DNA of 64,000 nt from Escherichia coli (GCF_045037415.1 NZ_CP173438.1), one strand, 5' to 3'. Shown: positions 22,376-34,021, counted from the first letter of the stretch. Notes: generated from the sequence alone by a model not told the origin. Program-made: numbers and translations.

Positions 22376-23965
22376 TCAGCTCAACGCCAGTAGCTGACGC
22401 GTATACTCCTGCTGCGGTGCGGCAAACACGCGCGCGCACGGTCCTTGTTCCACTACTTCCCCTTGTCGCAGTACGATAACCTGATGACATAACGCGCGGA
22501 CAACGTGCAAATCGTGGCTGATAAACAAATAGGCCAGTTGATGCTTTTGTTGCAATGATTTCAATAGCGTCAATATTTGCGCCTGCACCGTTTTGTCGAG
22601 TGATGATGTTGGTTCATCAAGAATGATCAGCGAGGGCTTAAGAATTAACGCCCTGGCAATCGCAATACGTTGCCGCTGACCACCAGAGAACTCCGCCGGA
22701 TAACGGTGGCGTGTTTCAGGATCTAATCCCACTTCATGCATCACGGCTATCACTTGTTGTTCGCGTTGTGCGGCAGAAAGCGTCGGCTGGTGAACCCGTA
22801 AGCCTTCCTCAATAATTTGCAAAACGTTGAGTCGTGGGTTGAGTGAGGAGTTTGGATCCTGAAATACCACCTGAATGCGATGACGAATAGGTAACAGCTG
22901 GCGGCGATTTAAATTTTGCAGTGGCTGACCGTCAAAGACGATGCTGCCATGAGAGTTAATCAGTCGCAGCAGCGCCAGTCCCGTCGTGCTTTTCCCGGAA
23001 CCGGACTCGCCCACTAAACCCAGTGTTTCACCCGCCCGTAGCGTAAAACTGATGTTTTTCACCACCACATTATGATCCACAATGCGCTTCAAAATCCCTT
23101 TGCGAATGGGGAAGGCAACCTGAAGTTGTTCAACATCCAGCAACGTTGAGGCAGGTTCTGGCAATGGCACCGGGTCGCCAGATGGTTCACTGTTGAGTAG
23201 CTTTTGTGTGTAAGGATGAGTGGGTGAGGCAAATAGCGTAGCGGCGTTATTTTTCTCGACACAGCGACCGTTTTGCATTACCGCCACGCGGTGGGCCAGT
23301 TTTCTAACAATGCTGAGGTTATGAGTAATAAACAGCATACCCATATTCAGCTCGCCTTGCAGTTCGCGCAACAGCTGTAAAATCTGCGCCTGGACAGAGA
23401 CGTCCAGCGCGGTGGTTGGTTCATCGGCAATTAATAATTCCGGTCGCGTTAACAGCGCCATCGCAATCATCACCCGCTGGCGTTCGCCGCCGGAGAGCTG
23501 ATGCGGATAATCTGTCAGCCGTTTTGCCGCCTGGCGGATACCGACGCGATCAAGGCAGTTAAGAATTTCGCCACGAGCCGCTTCCCGACGCATCCCGCGG
23601 TGGAGTGAAAGCACTTCATAAAGCTGTTTTTCCAGGGTATGTAATGGATTTAACGACACCATCGGCTCCTGAAAAATCATGGCGATCTTATTACCGCGTA
23701 CACCGCGCAACGTTTGATCGCTGGCATGAAGCAGCGATTCGCCATGAAAACGAATATCGCCGGAGAGATATTCAACCGGCGGGCAAGGGAGCAGGCGTAA
23801 AATTGACAGCGCGGTAACGCTCTTACCTGAACCAGACTCACCTACCAGCGCCAGCGTTTCGCCAGCCTCAATGTGTAGTGACACATCATTCACTACGGTA
23901 CGAACAGTTTGCTGATGGCGAAAACCCACCGACAAATTTTCAATCGCTAACAGAGTTTGCGTCAT
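22376..23965 (-). CDS. yejF: Peptide/microcin C ABC transporter ATPase YejF (duplicated ABC domains)
   Basis: [15 protein letters not shown]...; two Walker A motifs (GESGSGKS twice) and two LSGG signatures; 529 aa from internal ATG. Confidence 0.93.
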   Translation of the reverse strand: MTQTLLAIENLSVGFRHQQTVRTVVNDVSLHIEAGETLALVGESGSGKSVTALSILRLLPCPPVEYLSGDIRFHGESLLHASDQTLRGVRGNKIAMIFQEPMVSLNPLHTLEKQLYEVLSLHRGMRREAARGEILNCLDRVGIRQAAKRLTDYPHQLSGGERQRVMIAMALLTRPELLIADEPTTALDVSVQAQILQLLRELQGELNMGMLFITHNLSIVRKLAHRVAVMQNGRCVEKNNAATLFASPTHPYTQKLLNSEPSGDPVPLPEPASTLLDVEQLQVAFPIRKGILKRIVDHNVVVKNISFTLRAGETLGLVGESGSGKSTTGLALLRLINSHGSIVFDGQPLQNLNRRQLLPIRHRIQVVFQDPNSSLNPRLNVLQIIEEGLRVHQPTLSAAQREQQVIAVMHEVGLDPETRHRYPAEFSGGQRQRIAIARALILKPSLIILDEPTSSLDKTVQAQILTLLKSLQQKHQLAYLFISHDLHVVRALCHQVIVLRQGEVVEQGPCARVFAAPQQEYTRQLLALS

Positions 23966-23966
23966 G

Positions 23967-24992
23967 CTACACCGCCTTATTAGGATCAAATGCGTCGCGG
24001 ACGGCTTCACCAATAAAGATCAGCAAAGACAACAATATCGCCACCGATAAGAAGGCGGTGATCCCAAGCCACGGGGCCTGAAGGTTATTTTTCCCTTGTA
24101 ACAGGAGTTCGCCGAGTGACGGTGAACCGAGCGGCAGACCGAAGCCGAGGAAATCGAGTGAGGTCAGGGTGGTTATCGAACTACATAAAATAAACGGTAA
24201 AAAAGTGAGGGTAGCGACCATGGCATTTGGCAACATATGACGCAGGATGATACTGCGATCGCTGACGCCAAGCGCCTGCGCCGCGCGGATGTAGTCGAAA
24301 TTACGGGTACGTAAAAACTCCGCCCGCACCACGCCGACCAGACTCATCCAGCCAAACAAGACAGTAATTGCCAGCAGCCACCAGAAGTTAGGCTGTACGA
24401 CGCTGGAAAGTAAAATAATCAAAAACAGCGTCGGCATCCCCGACCATACTTCAATAAAACGTTGCCCCCAGAGATCGACTTTACCACCGTAATAGCCTTG
24501 TAGCGCCCCCGCCAGCACACCCATCACGCTGGAGCAGAGGGTCAGCATCAGGCCAAACAGAACTGAGATCCGCGTGCCATAGAGAATGCGCGCCAGCACA
24601 TCGCCGCCATTGGCATCCGTTCCCAGCCAGTTTTGCCGGGAGGGTGGAGAAGGGAAGGGCTTATCGGTAGCAAAGTTGATACTGGTAGCACCAAAGCGAA
24701 TCGGTGCCCACAGTACCCAGCCGTTATTTTCCAGTCGTTGTTTCAGCCACGGGTCCTGATAATCAGCCTGACTTGCCAGCGGGCCGCCAAAATCGCTTTC
24801 GCTGTAGTTTTTCAACAACGGGAAATACCAACTGCCGTCATAACGCACCAGCAACGGTTTATCGTTGGCGATAAGTTCAGAACACAAACTCAAACCAAAC
24901 AAGAGGAGGAAAATCCATAACGACCAGTAGCCGCGACGGTTATGGCGAAAACGCGCCCAACGGGCCTGATTGACGGGGCTGAGTCGCGACAT
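23967..24992 (-). CDS. yejE: Peptide ABC transporter permease YejE
   Basis: 341-aa membrane [31 protein letters not shown]... Confidence 0.93.
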   Translation of the reverse strand: MSRLSPVNQARWARFRHNRRGYWSLWIFLLLFGLSLCSELIANDKPLLVRYDGSWYFPLLKNYSESDFGGPLASQADYQDPWLKQRLENNGWVLWAPIRFGATSINFATDKPFPSPPSRQNWLGTDANGGDVLARILYGTRISVLFGLMLTLCSSVMGVLAGALQGYYGGKVDLWGQRFIEVWSGMPTLFLIILLSSVVQPNFWWLLAITVLFGWMSLVGVVRAEFLRTRNFDYIRAAQALGVSDRSIILRHMLPNAMVATLTFLPFILCSSITTLTSLDFLGFGLPLGSPSLGELLLQGKNNLQAPWLGITAFLSVAILLSLLIFIGEAVRDAFDPNKAV

Positions 24993-26087
24993 TAACGTCC
25001 CTCAAAGTCTATACGCGGATCGACCAGCGTATAGCTGATATCACTGACAATATTCAGCAGCAGGCCAATCAGGGTGAAAATATACAAGGTACCAAACATT
25101 ACAGGATAATCGCGCGAGACGGTCGCTTCGTAGCCCAGTAAGCCAAGACCATTGAGTGAAAACATCACCTCAATCAGCAGCGAGCCGGTAAAAAACATGC
25201 TGATAAACGTCGCCGGAAAACCGGCAATCACCAGCAGCATGGCGTTGCGGAACACATGTTTCCAGAGAATATTTTTTTCACTTACCCCTTTCGCACGTGC
25301 CGTCACCACGTATTGCTTACGCACTTCATCAAGGAATGAGTTTTTTGTCAGCATGGTCAGAGCCGCAAAGCCGCCAATCACTGTCGCCAGCACCGGCAGC
25401 GTGATATGCCACAGATAATCGGTGATTTTCTGATACCACGGCAGCGAATCAAAGTTAGCGGAAACCAGGCCGCGCAGAGGGAACAGATCGAAATAGCTGC
25501 CGCCCGCGAAGAAGACAATCAGCAGGATGGCAAACAAAAAGGCCGGAATGGCGTAGCCGATGATGATAAATGCACTACTCCAGACGTCAAAACGGCTCCC
25601 ATTATAAACAGCTTTGCGAATGCCTAACGGAATCGACACCAGATAGATAATCAGCGTGCTCCACAATCCGAGGGTGATGGAGAACCGGCAGACTGTCTTT
25701 AATCAGCGTCAGCACCGAGGCGCTGCGAAAAAGGCTGTCGCCAAAATCAAAACGGATGTAGTCCCAGAGCATTTTGAAGTAACGTTCGTGGATCGGCTTA
25801 TCGAAACCGTAGCGATGAGTGATCTCGGCGATCACTTCTGGATCTAATCCGCGTCCGCCACGGTAATTACTGTCGCTGATATTGCCGACGCCCGTTTGCG
25901 CATGGCTGGCGCGAACACCTTCACCGCCTGCGCCGGGTAATACTCCGGCATTGCCAAACTCAATGGCGGCGATGGCCTGGTCGACCGGACCGCCAGGCGC
26001 AATTTGCACGATGAAAAAGTTGATAGTGATAATCGCCCATAGCGTTGGGATCACCAGCAACAGACGGCGGATCAGATAAGCGCCCAT
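24992..26087 (-). CDS. yejB: Peptide ABC transporter permease YejB, disrupted by an apparent +1 frameshift near 25683-25684 (pseudogene or sequence error)
   Basis: N-terminal part [28 protein letters not shown]...LIKDSLPV in ORF 25602..26087, C-terminal part ...[17 protein letters not shown]...DPRIDFEGR in ORF 24992..25666; the frames differ by one extra T. Confidence 0.9.
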
Positions 26088-27908
26088 CTACTCTCCCTGT
26101 TGTCTGGCTGACGGCAGTTTCGTCGCTTTATTAACGTCATACCACCAGGTATCAATACCCAGGCTGTAAACTGGGCGTACAGCGGGTTGGGAGAATTTAT
26201 CCCACCAGGCGAGACGGTCTTCCGCCATGTACCACATTGGCAGCATGTAATAATTCCACGTTAATACGCGATCCAGTGCTCGTCCCAACGGCAGTAATTT
26301 TTCTTTATTTCCCTGCGCGGCAATAATTTGGTTGATCAGCGAGTCGATAACCGGGCTTTGCACGCCGGGGGCATTATAAGTGGAATTGATATATTCCGAT
26401 GACCAGGAAATCTGTAAATCGGAACTGGGCCACGGCATCGCCCGCCATACGCGCGGCATCATGTCATAGTCGCGACTGCGCATGCGGTTGGTGATTTGCG
26501 AGTTATCCACCTTGCGAATGTCCATGTTGATACCCAGCCGTTGCAGGCTGTGCTGGAACGGCAATACCCACTGACTATTGCTGCTTGCGGGAAGCAATAA
26601 TTCAAAGCTGAGTGGCTGACCTGTTGTGGCATTAACGCGTTGCTGACCCTTCAGCACCCAGCCTGCTTCGTTGAGAAGTTTGTCGGCTTTTAACAGGTTG
26701 TCACGATCGTAGCCATCGCCTTTGGATACCGGCGGCTGGTAGATTTGCGTGAAGACTTCTGGCGGTAGATCTTTTTTCATTGGTGCCAGAAGCACCAGTT
26801 CCGCGGCGTCGGGGTAATTTCTGGCCGCATATTCGGTATTCTGAAAATAACTGTTCGTGCGACTCCAGGTATTGTAAAACAACGCCTTGTTCATCCATTC
26901 AAAGTCAAAGGCGAGAGTGATCGCTTCCCGCACCCGGCGATCGCTGAATACCGGACGTTGGATATTAAACGCCAGCCAGCGCGTATCCTGGGCTGATTCG
27001 TTCTTTTGCTCATCTTTGATGATGTATTTTTTATCGAAATTTTTACCGGTATAGCGCGTGGCCCAGTTTTTGGCGTCGTTTTCCATACGCAAATCAAAGG
27101 CTCCTGCTTTAAACGCTTCAAAGGCGACATTATCATCGAGGTAATAATCGTAGCGAATGGTGTCGAAATTCCAGCGTCCACGGTTTACCGGTAAGTTTGC
27201 TGCCCAGTAATCTTTCACGCGGGAATAGACAATATTTTGCCCCATTTTCCAGGACGTAATGCGGTACGGACCACTGGCAAGCGGAGGCGTGGCGAGCGGG
27301 TCGCTAATTTTGTGATCTTTCCAGTACTTTTCTGGAAATACCGGCAGCGAAAACAGACTCAGCATATCTTCTTTGCCGGGTTTAGCTAACTCAATGCGCA
27401 CGGTTAACGGCGCAATGGCTTTGACGGTGGTGCCTTTGTAGACCAGACGAAATTGCGGCACGCCTTCGGTCATAAATTTTTGAAAAGTAAACTCTACATC
27501 GCGGGCAGTAATGGGCGAACCATCATGAAAACGGGCGCGTGGATTAATAGCGACCTCCACCCAGGAATAATCGTCAGCATAGCGTGCGCTTTCAGCAATC
27601 AGCGGGTAATAACTGCCTGGTTCGTCATCGGAAGTCGTAAATAGCGTGTCGTACAGCTGCTCGGTGCGTGCGCCCGGATTGCCGCGCAGTGCATAGCGGT
27701 TGAAATTATCGAAGGTGCCGAGGGCAGACAACGTTATTTGCCCACCTTTTGGCGCGGCGGGGTTCACATAATCAAAATGGTTGAAATTAAATGCGTACCG
27801 GGGTTCGCCCAGTACTGCAAAGGCATAGCTTTCCTTGATAGCCTGCGCCTGCGCACCAAAGGTGAACAGAGCGATAAACAGCAGCAGTATGCGCACAATC
27901 ATCTGCAA
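26088..27908 (-). CDS. yejA: Peptide ABC transporter periplasmic substrate-binding protein YejA
   Basis: 606-aa ORF with signal peptide (LLLFIALFTFGAQAQA) and family 5 solute-binding fold. Confidence 0.92.
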   Translation of the reverse strand: MQMIVRILLLFIALFTFGAQAQAIKESYAFAVLGEPRYAFNFNHFDYVNPAAPKGGQITLSALGTFDNFNRYALRGNPGARTEQLYDTLFTTSDDEPGSYYPLIAESARYADDYSWVEVAINPRARFHDGSPITARDVEFTFQKFMTEGVPQFRLVYKGTTVKAIAPLTVRIELAKPGKEDMLSLFSLPVFPEKYWKDHKISDPLATPPLASGPYRITSWKMGQNIVYSRVKDYWAANLPVNRGRWNFDTIRYDYYLDDNVAFEAFKAGAFDLRMENDAKNWATRYTGKNFDKKYIIKDEQKNESAQDTRWLAFNIQRPVFSDRRVREAITLAFDFEWMNKALFYNTWSRTNSYFQNTEYAARNYPDAAELVLLAPMKKDLPPEVFTQIYQPPVSKGDGYDRDNLLKADKLLNEAGWVLKGQQRVNATTGQPLSFELLLPASSNSQWVLPFQHSLQRLGINMDIRKVDNSQITNRMRSRDYDMMPRVWRAMPWPSSDLQISWSSEYINSTYNAPGVQSPVIDSLINQIIAAQGNKEKLLPLGRALDRVLTWNYYMLPMWYMAEDRLAWWDKFSQPAVRPVYSLGIDTWWYDVNKATKLPSARQQGE

Positions 27909-27983
27909 CGGATTTCCTTTTACTCATCATTAGCCGCAATCCGGCATGCTTTCACTATGAATAATAAGGGACGTAAGCACACC

Positions 27984-29540
27984 TTACCACTGCGGCGTAT
28001 ACGGTTTCTTCAGCCAGCGAACAAAATCGTCCAGCGGTAACGGGCGACTAATCCAGTAGCCTTGCATGAAATTAACGCCGCGTTCGCTTAGCCATCGTGC
28101 CTGTTCTGGCGTTTCGACCCCTTCAGCAACTGTCAGCATATTGAGACGTTTCGCCAGCGTCAGCACCGCGTCAAGTACGGGTGAAGTGATCGTTTCCGTA
28201 CCGATGGCGTTGATAAATCCACGATCAATTTTCAGATAATCGAGCGTAAAACGCTCAAGATAGATAAGCGCGCTGTGCCCGGTGCCGAAGTCATCAATAG
28301 CGATTTCTACGCCGACCGAATGCAGCCAGGCGAAGAGTTGTGTGGCTTCTCGCTCTTTCAGCATATCGCGCTCGGTAATTTCCAGCACAATCTGGAAATG
28401 GTGTGCGGGCAGGGAAGTGAGCAGTTTCTGGATATCCGCTTTAAAGCTTTCGCTGTGCAAGTGGGCCGGCGCAATGTTAATGCCAAATTTGACGCCTACC
28501 GGCAGTACTTTTTCTAATTCTGCGGCATCGCGGGCAATCAACTCAAACAGGTGCTGAGTCAGTGGCACAATCATCTTTTGCGCTTCGGCAAAGTTAATGA
28601 AGGCATCCGGGGGTATTTCTCCTGCTACAGGATGCCGCCAGCGTAGCAGTACTTCCAGGCCCGTTACCCGCAAAGCTTGTGTATCAACCACCGGTTGATA
28701 TACCACGTAAAATTGTTCGCGCTTGATGGCGGTCATGATTTCTCTGCCTGGGCGCATACGCACACTCATCAGGTAATAGCAGAGAAGTCCAACGAAAGTT
28801 CCACTCATGCCACCCAGTAAAAATGCGTACCACACATCGTTCCATGTCCAGTCATCTGCATAAAGCCGAACGGTCAGAGGAATGCCCGCAATTTTAGTTT
28901 CACGGACCGGCATGTCGGTTAATTCATTAACGTTCATCAAACGTGAAGAAAAGGTAGATAGCGCAGTATTACCAATAATGAGGGCGAGGCCATCGTAATC
29001 TTCCTGCCGTGAACTATAAAAGAGTGAAGGCGTCAGGTTGAGATTCAGAGCGGCAAACACGCCGCTATTTTTCAGCAAAGGGTTGCGATACCAGATGACG
29101 ATTGCGGGTTTGTTCGGCACCATCGGCGTGCCGGGTAAGATCGCCATATCGACGTTTTTATTAATGTCGAGCGCCGGAATCAATTCATTGAGTGGAATGT
29201 CCATCTCACCAGTTGCAGATGAACAGAATGTTTTTTTATCTTTTACCAGCACAAACGTACGAACATTCATGCTAAACGCCGCGCGGGCGGTCAGTTCGGG
29301 GTTAGCCTGCTGGCAGGTATCTAAGGTCAGCGGCTGGAGCCGGTCAGTAGTGGATTTAAGGTCGGCAAAATAGGTATCGAGATACTTTTGTACGTCGGTA
29401 ATCAGTGTGTCGTATTTGACTTCGTGCTTATGCCAGGCCACTAAAAACTGAAGGCAGCTCACCAGTATCGCAATCATCACGCCTGCAACAATGCAGGTAA
29501 GCAGGAGCTTACGTCCAGAATTGGGAGCGCGTATAAACAT
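27984..29540 (-). CDS. pdeN: Cyclic di-GMP phosphodiesterase PdeN (Rtn), CSS-motif sensor plus EAL domain
   Basis: 518-aa ORF; N-terminal TM/periplasmic region then EAL domain (QPVVD..., EITERDM...). Confidence 0.92.
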   Translation of the reverse strand: MFIRAPNSGRKLLLTCIVAGVMIAILVSCLQFLVAWHKHEVKYDTLITDVQKYLDTYFADLKSTTDRLQPLTLDTCQQANPELTARAAFSMNVRTFVLVKDKKTFCSSATGEMDIPLNELIPALDINKNVDMAILPGTPMVPNKPAIVIWYRNPLLKNSGVFAALNLNLTPSLFYSSRQEDYDGLALIIGNTALSTFSSRLMNVNELTDMPVRETKIAGIPLTVRLYADDWTWNDVWYAFLLGGMSGTFVGLLCYYLMSVRMRPGREIMTAIKREQFYVVYQPVVDTQALRVTGLEVLLRWRHPVAGEIPPDAFINFAEAQKMIVPLTQHLFELIARDAAELEKVLPVGVKFGINIAPAHLHSESFKADIQKLLTSLPAHHFQIVLEITERDMLKEREATQLFAWLHSVGVEIAIDDFGTGHSALIYLERFTLDYLKIDRGFINAIGTETITSPVLDAVLTLAKRLNMLTVAEGVETPEQARWLSERGVNFMQGYWISRPLPLDDFVRWLKKPYTPQW

Positions 29541-29643
29541 GATTCCGTTAATTTCCTGAAATTACGACAACATTTAAAAGATAACAATGACCGGACTATA
29601 GCCTGGATCAAGACGCGGAAACATCATTTTCTCTGATGAATGA

Positions 29644-29675
29644 AAACAAAAAAGCACTGCCTAAGCAGTGCTTTC
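29644..29675 (-). terminator. Rho-independent terminator downstream of mepS
   Basis: minus-strand hairpin aaagcactgc-ttag-gcagtgcttt followed by ttttttgtttt. Confidence 0.8.
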
Positions 29676-29720
29676 AGTTAACTCGTCAGGATAGCCAAGG
29701 GATTGCATCCAAACGGTTTA

Positions 29721-30287
29721 TTAGCTGCGGCTGAGAACCCGGCGTGCTTCGTTGTAACGCTTCTTCCAGTATGGTTCATTCATGCTGGAAATAATAACAC
29801 CACTGCTGGTGGAAGCATGGACAAACTGGTTGTTGCCGATATAAATACCGACATGGCGTCCCGTTGAACCGGCACGGAACAGAACTAAATCACCCGTACG
29901 CAAATTACTGCGGGAAACAGATTTACCCATTTCCTGCTGTTCATAAGTCGAACGCGGAAGTTCTAAGCCAAATTGCTCACGGAATGTACGCTGTACGAAA
30001 CCAGAACAATCGATACCTTTTTTAGTGCTGCCGCCCAGACGATAGCGTACGCCTTTCCAGTCAGCATACTGATCCATAATTCGCGATTTTACGTCGACAT
30101 TACGAACCAGGTTTTCAAATTCATCCTGAGAAGCTTGCAGTGATGATGTTTCACTACCCACTGCACGTGTCTCAGGATGCATATTCTTTGCGGTGTTATT
30201 TGCACTACATGCAGAAAGCAGAACCGCTACTGCAATCGCGGGGATCCCGCGCAAGATATATCTCAAAATCGGTTGAGATTTGACCAT
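29721..30287 (-). CDS. mepS: Murein DD-endopeptidase MepS (Spr), NlpC/P60 lipoprotein
   Basis: 188-aa ORF; lipobox LLSAC; NlpC/P60 catalytic Cys (DCSGFV) and His. Confidence 0.93.
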
Positions 30288-30698
30288 GTTGTTTGTTTTC
30301 CCTTGAAGTCCTTAACGACAAATATCGTTATAAAAAAATGCCAAGCGACACGAGACTAATTACCTGGGCATGTTGAAACAATTCCTTAAGGCCAAATCTG
30401 TGGACTAACGCACAAAATTATATGCTGTGAGGATAATCTACCGCCGAGGCAAAACGAGTTCGAGATTACCCGATTGGTGCGGTCTTGGCGAGCGGTTTTA
30501 CATGATTTTTTATAAGAAAAAGTGATACAGAAAGTTAATCAGCGGGATTGGTCAATTAAAGTACGATTGAGTGAAACGCATGCAATCCATTCATTTACTT
30601 AGAGAATGATTTTTGCGCTCGATGGATGAAAGCAGGAGGCGCATCATCAGGATTATCCTCACTATAAAAATAAACCTGATGATGTTAATTACTGTGAG

Positions 30699-31412
30699 TT
30701 ATTTGTTTTGGAAATGTTTGTTTTTTCCAGGTAGTGATTTGTCAAAAAAGGTGATTAATCGATCACTTAATGGCGTCAGCAACACCCAGGGCAAACCGAT
30801 CAATATCACGGTCATGGAACCGACGATGATGTCAGTAAACCAGTGTGCGCCAATCATTACTCTGGGAAACGCAAAAACCACAAAAATAATAAGGGCGATA
30901 AGGCCAGCAACTTTGCCGAAATAACGCCACATGAATGCCGAAAAAATAAGCAGCATCATACCGTGATCGCCGGGAAAGCTATCTCGTGAGGCATCTTTCG
31001 TGGGAACAGAGAGCAGTTCGCTGACGCGGTTAATATTGGTAAAAGTCAACGTTGGACTGGCCCGTTTTACAGGAATTAATGCCTGACCCAGCTGGTTTAA
31101 TACCACTGCAGTTAATAGCATGACCAGACCAATAATCACGATACGTCGTCTGCCTGGGGCGTTTTCTTTCAGCCAGAAACTCAGCATCAACATTCCCATC
31201 GCCAGCAGTGAACAACCGTCGAAAGCGCGATTGTTGGTCAATGCAACCAGCCACAAAAAGGCCTTACTTTCGACCAGTTTCTGATTAAAGAAATAAAAAA
31301 TATCCGCATCAATCGGCAACCAGAATCCATGATTAATGGGAATATACCAGGAAAGAAACAGCGCGAGGCCGACAATATTCAACAACACTATTTGCGGCAA
31401 ATTTTTAATCAT
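30699..31412 (-). CDS. lpxT: Lipid A 1-diphosphate synthase LpxT (YeiU), PAP2 family
   Basis: MIKNLPQIVLLNIVGLALFLSWYIP...; 237 aa from internal ATG of 249-aa ORF. Confidence 0.9.
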   Translation of the reverse strand: MIKNLPQIVLLNIVGLALFLSWYIPINHGFWLPIDADIFYFFNQKLVESKAFLWLVALTNNRAFDGCSLLAMGMLMLSFWLKENAPGRRRIVIIGLVMLLTAVVLNQLGQALIPVKRASPTLTFTNINRVSELLSVPTKDASRDSFPGDHGMMLLIFSAFMWRYFGKVAGLIALIIFVVFAFPRVMIGAHWFTDIIVGSMTVILIGLPWVLLTPLSDRLITFFDKSLPGKNKHFQNK

Positions 31413-31450
31413 ATTTTCTCTAATTATCTTACTGAAAAACGCAGGCAACC

Positions 31451-32437
31451 TTACGCGGTAGTCGCTAAACGAAGCTTCAACAGCGCGCTCTGCAAGGCAT
31501 TCCAGTCAGCTTCGCTGCTGGAAATCAGCTCAATACGACTGTCCGGTGGCGCAACGTTTTGCGTTTCAATGTGCAGGTCATCGCCCTGACGGTTGATTCG
31601 CACCAGCCCTTCGGGAATACGCAGCACGCCTTTGACGCGTTCCACCGGTGCAAGTCGCGCCCATTCCAGAATACCAATGGTGTCGAATACCGTATCAGCG
31701 TCGAATATCCAGCCACAGGCCTGATGCCCTTGTCCGCTGTTCAGACTGCGACGCCAGCGTTGATGCTCTGGCAGGCTTAACGCTGCTAACCCTTTTTTCA
31801 CGCTATGCTGATGAGAATGCGCGGCGCTGGCGGGCAACTCGGCTAAATTGCGACGCGGCAAATCCAGAAGATGACCGTCAATTTTTCCATGCTCGCTGTG
31901 AATTAATTGCCGATCGCCACCATTTTGCTGCCACCAGCGCTCTAGCGCTTGCTCACTTTCGGGCGTCGCACGGTCGGATTTATTGGCGACAATAATGTCT
32001 GCGGCAGCCAGCTGGTCACGGAAGTTTTCATTGCTGGCGCTTTTTTCGTCCAGCAGCAGGCGTGGATCGAGAATGCACAACGTGGCGCGCAGATCTATCC
32101 ACGGTTCATAGACTGGCGCGGTTAAGAGATCGAGGATCTGTTTCGGATGGCCCAGCCCGGTCGGCTCTATCAACAAGCGGTCTGGTTTTCCCTGACGCAG
32201 TAAGGTATTCAACCCTACCTGCATGGGTAAACCATTAACGCAGCACATGCAACCGCCGGGGATCTCTTTCAGCAGTGCGCCGCTATCGGCGAGCAAAGCA
32301 CCATCAATTCCGACTTCCCCAAATTCATTAACCAGTACCGCCCATTTTTCGTTGGGATCTTTATGGGCTAACAGATGAAGAATCGACGTAGTTTTCCCGC
32401 TGCCGAGAAAACCGGTGATGAGGTTGGTTCTGGTCAC
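31451..32437 (-). CDS. yeiR: Zinc-binding GTPase YeiR (CobW/COG0523 family)
   Basis: 328-aa ORF; P-loop GFLGSGKTT; CxCC motif (GGCMCC). Confidence 0.92.
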   Translation of the reverse strand: MTRTNLITGFLGSGKTTSILHLLAHKDPNEKWAVLVNEFGEVGIDGALLADSGALLKEIPGGCMCCVNGLPMQVGLNTLLRQGKPDRLLIEPTGLGHPKQILDLLTAPVYEPWIDLRATLCILDPRLLLDEKSASNENFRDQLAAADIIVANKSDRATPESEQALERWWQQNGGDRQLIHSEHGKIDGHLLDLPRRNLAELPASAAHSHQHSVKKGLAALSLPEHQRWRRSLNSGQGHQACGWIFDADTVFDTIGILEWARLAPVERVKGVLRIPEGLVRINRQGDDLHIETQNVAPPDSRIELISSSEADWNALQSALLKLRLATTA

Positions 32438-32554
32438 AACGGCTCCGCAATACTCTGGTAAGTTAACTGAGCGTTAATCCTGGCTAAAAAAGGCAGAAAA
32501 GAGAAGGGGAGAGCGGACGAAGGCGAGCTTCATCCGCTTTAACCGCAGAAATCG

Positions 32555-34021
32555 TTAAATTTTGAGGGTGTTTAATAGCGCCTGATGCGCGCCGAATTGT
32601 GCGATTTGTTGCCAGGCTTGTTCGATGACCTGCACAAAATGCGGGTTATCTGGCAGATCATCACCGAAAATTTCACGCAGGGAAAGCAGGGCGGTTACGC
32701 GTTGTTCACTGCTGCTGCCTGCAACAAGTTCACGAATTTTATCGCTAAGCGGATCGCGAACATCAATGGCATTTCCGGCATCATCAACGCCGCTGACGTA
32801 ACGCATCCAGCCTGCAACGCCTAATGCCAGCAACGACCAGTCCGTTTCGCGCCCCAGATGTATGCGAATACCTGCCAACATGCGTTGCGGTAATTTCTGG
32901 CTGCCATCCATCGCGATTTGCCAGGTCTTATGTTTCAGTGCCGGATTAGCAAAACGTGCAATTAACTTATCCGCATATTGTGTTAAATCGACATCTTTAA
33001 TCCGCAGTGTCGGCGCTTGCTCATCCAGCATTAATGTTCTGGCGGCATGGCGAAATGCGCGATCCTGCATGCAATCACTGATATGGGCGAATCCTGAGAG
33101 GTAACCCAGATAAGCGAGAAAAGAGTGGCTGCCATTAAGCATCCGCAGTTTCATCTCTTCCCATGGCAGGACATCATTCACCATTTGTACACCTGCGACT
33201 TCCCAGGCAGGACGCCCAGCGACGAAGTTATCTTCAACCACCCACTGGATAAACGGTTCGCAGCTAATCGCGCAGGGATCATTCACCCCCAGATGCTGGC
33301 TTATTTCCGCCAGTGATTCGTTTGTTGCAGCCGGAACAATGCGGTCGACCATGGTTCCCGGAAAACTGACGTGTTCTTTTATCCACCCGGCGAGTTCTGG
33401 CGAACGTTTTTCTGCCATTCCCAGCACCGCGTTTTTCACCACATGGCCATTGTCGGGAATATTGTCGCAGGAGAGCACGGTAAACGGTGTATGGCCGCGC
33501 TCACGGCGGCGTTTCAGTGCTTCGACGAGAATACCTGGCGCGGAGTGAGGTTCTTCAGGGTTTTGTAGATCGTGAATAATACGCGGATTGCTGGTGTCGA
33601 GTGCACCGGTGGCCGGGTCAATACAATAGCCTTTTTCGGTAATTGTCAGGGAAACAATTGCCACCTGTGGCTCGCAAAATTTCTCAATAATTGCCGCTAA
33701 GGAATCCAGTTTTGCATTCAGACATTCGTGAACGGCACCGACAATTATCGCCTGATTGCCGTCCGCACCTTTCTCCAGCACGGTATATAAATGGTTCTGT
33801 GCGCGGAGCTGGCTCATCAGTTGATCGCCGCTGAACAAGCTGATTTCACAGATCCCCCAGTCGCCGCCCTGGGCATTCAGCACACGATCGGTCAGTAATG
33901 CCTGATGTGCGCGGTGAAAGGCTCCAAAGCCAAAATGAACGATACGTGATTGCAACTGCTGTCGATCGTAGCGTGGAGCGTGTACATGATGCGGGAGCGT
34001 AACGGAGGCGATTGTATTCAT
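32555..34021 (-). CDS. yeiQ: Mannitol dehydrogenase-family oxidoreductase YeiQ
   Basis: ORF track 491 aa; NAD-binding GFGAFHRAHQA motif; start set 3 codons in (488 aa). Confidence 0.9.
   Translation of the reverse strand: MNTIASVTLPHHVHAPRYDRQQLQSRIVHFGFGAFHRAHQALLTDRVLNAQGGDWGICEISLFSGDQLMSQLRAQNHLYTVLEKGADGNQAIIVGAVHECLNAKLDSLAAIIEKFCEPQVAIVSLTITEKGYCIDPATGALDTSNPRIIHDLQNPEEPHSAPGILVEALKRRRERGHTPFTVLSCDNIPDNGHVVKNAVLGMAEKRSPELAGWIKEHVSFPGTMVDRIVPAATNESLAEISQHLGVNDPCAISCEPFIQWVVEDNFVAGRPAWEVAGVQMVNDVLPWEEMKLRMLNGSHSFLAYLGYLSGFAHISDCMQDRAFRHAARTLMLDEQAPTLRIKDVDLTQYADKLIARFANPALKHKTWQIAMDGSQKLPQRMLAGIRIHLGRETDWSLLALGVAGWMRYVSGVDDAGNAIDVRDPLSDKIRELVAGSSSEQRVTALLSLREIFGDDLPDNPHFVQVIEQAWQQIAQFGAHQALLNTLKI

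Noticed and set aside
30288-30698. Possible small RNA in the 410-bp mepS-lpxT spacer
   Set aside because: No clean promoter plus terminator pair or conserved structure could be supported from sequence alone. The region is adequately explained as the mepS promoter plus the lpxT 3' region.
30613-30924. 103-aa ORF overlapping the 3' end of lpxT on the opposite strand
   Set aside because: Overlaps lpxT coding sequence antisense; no independent support.
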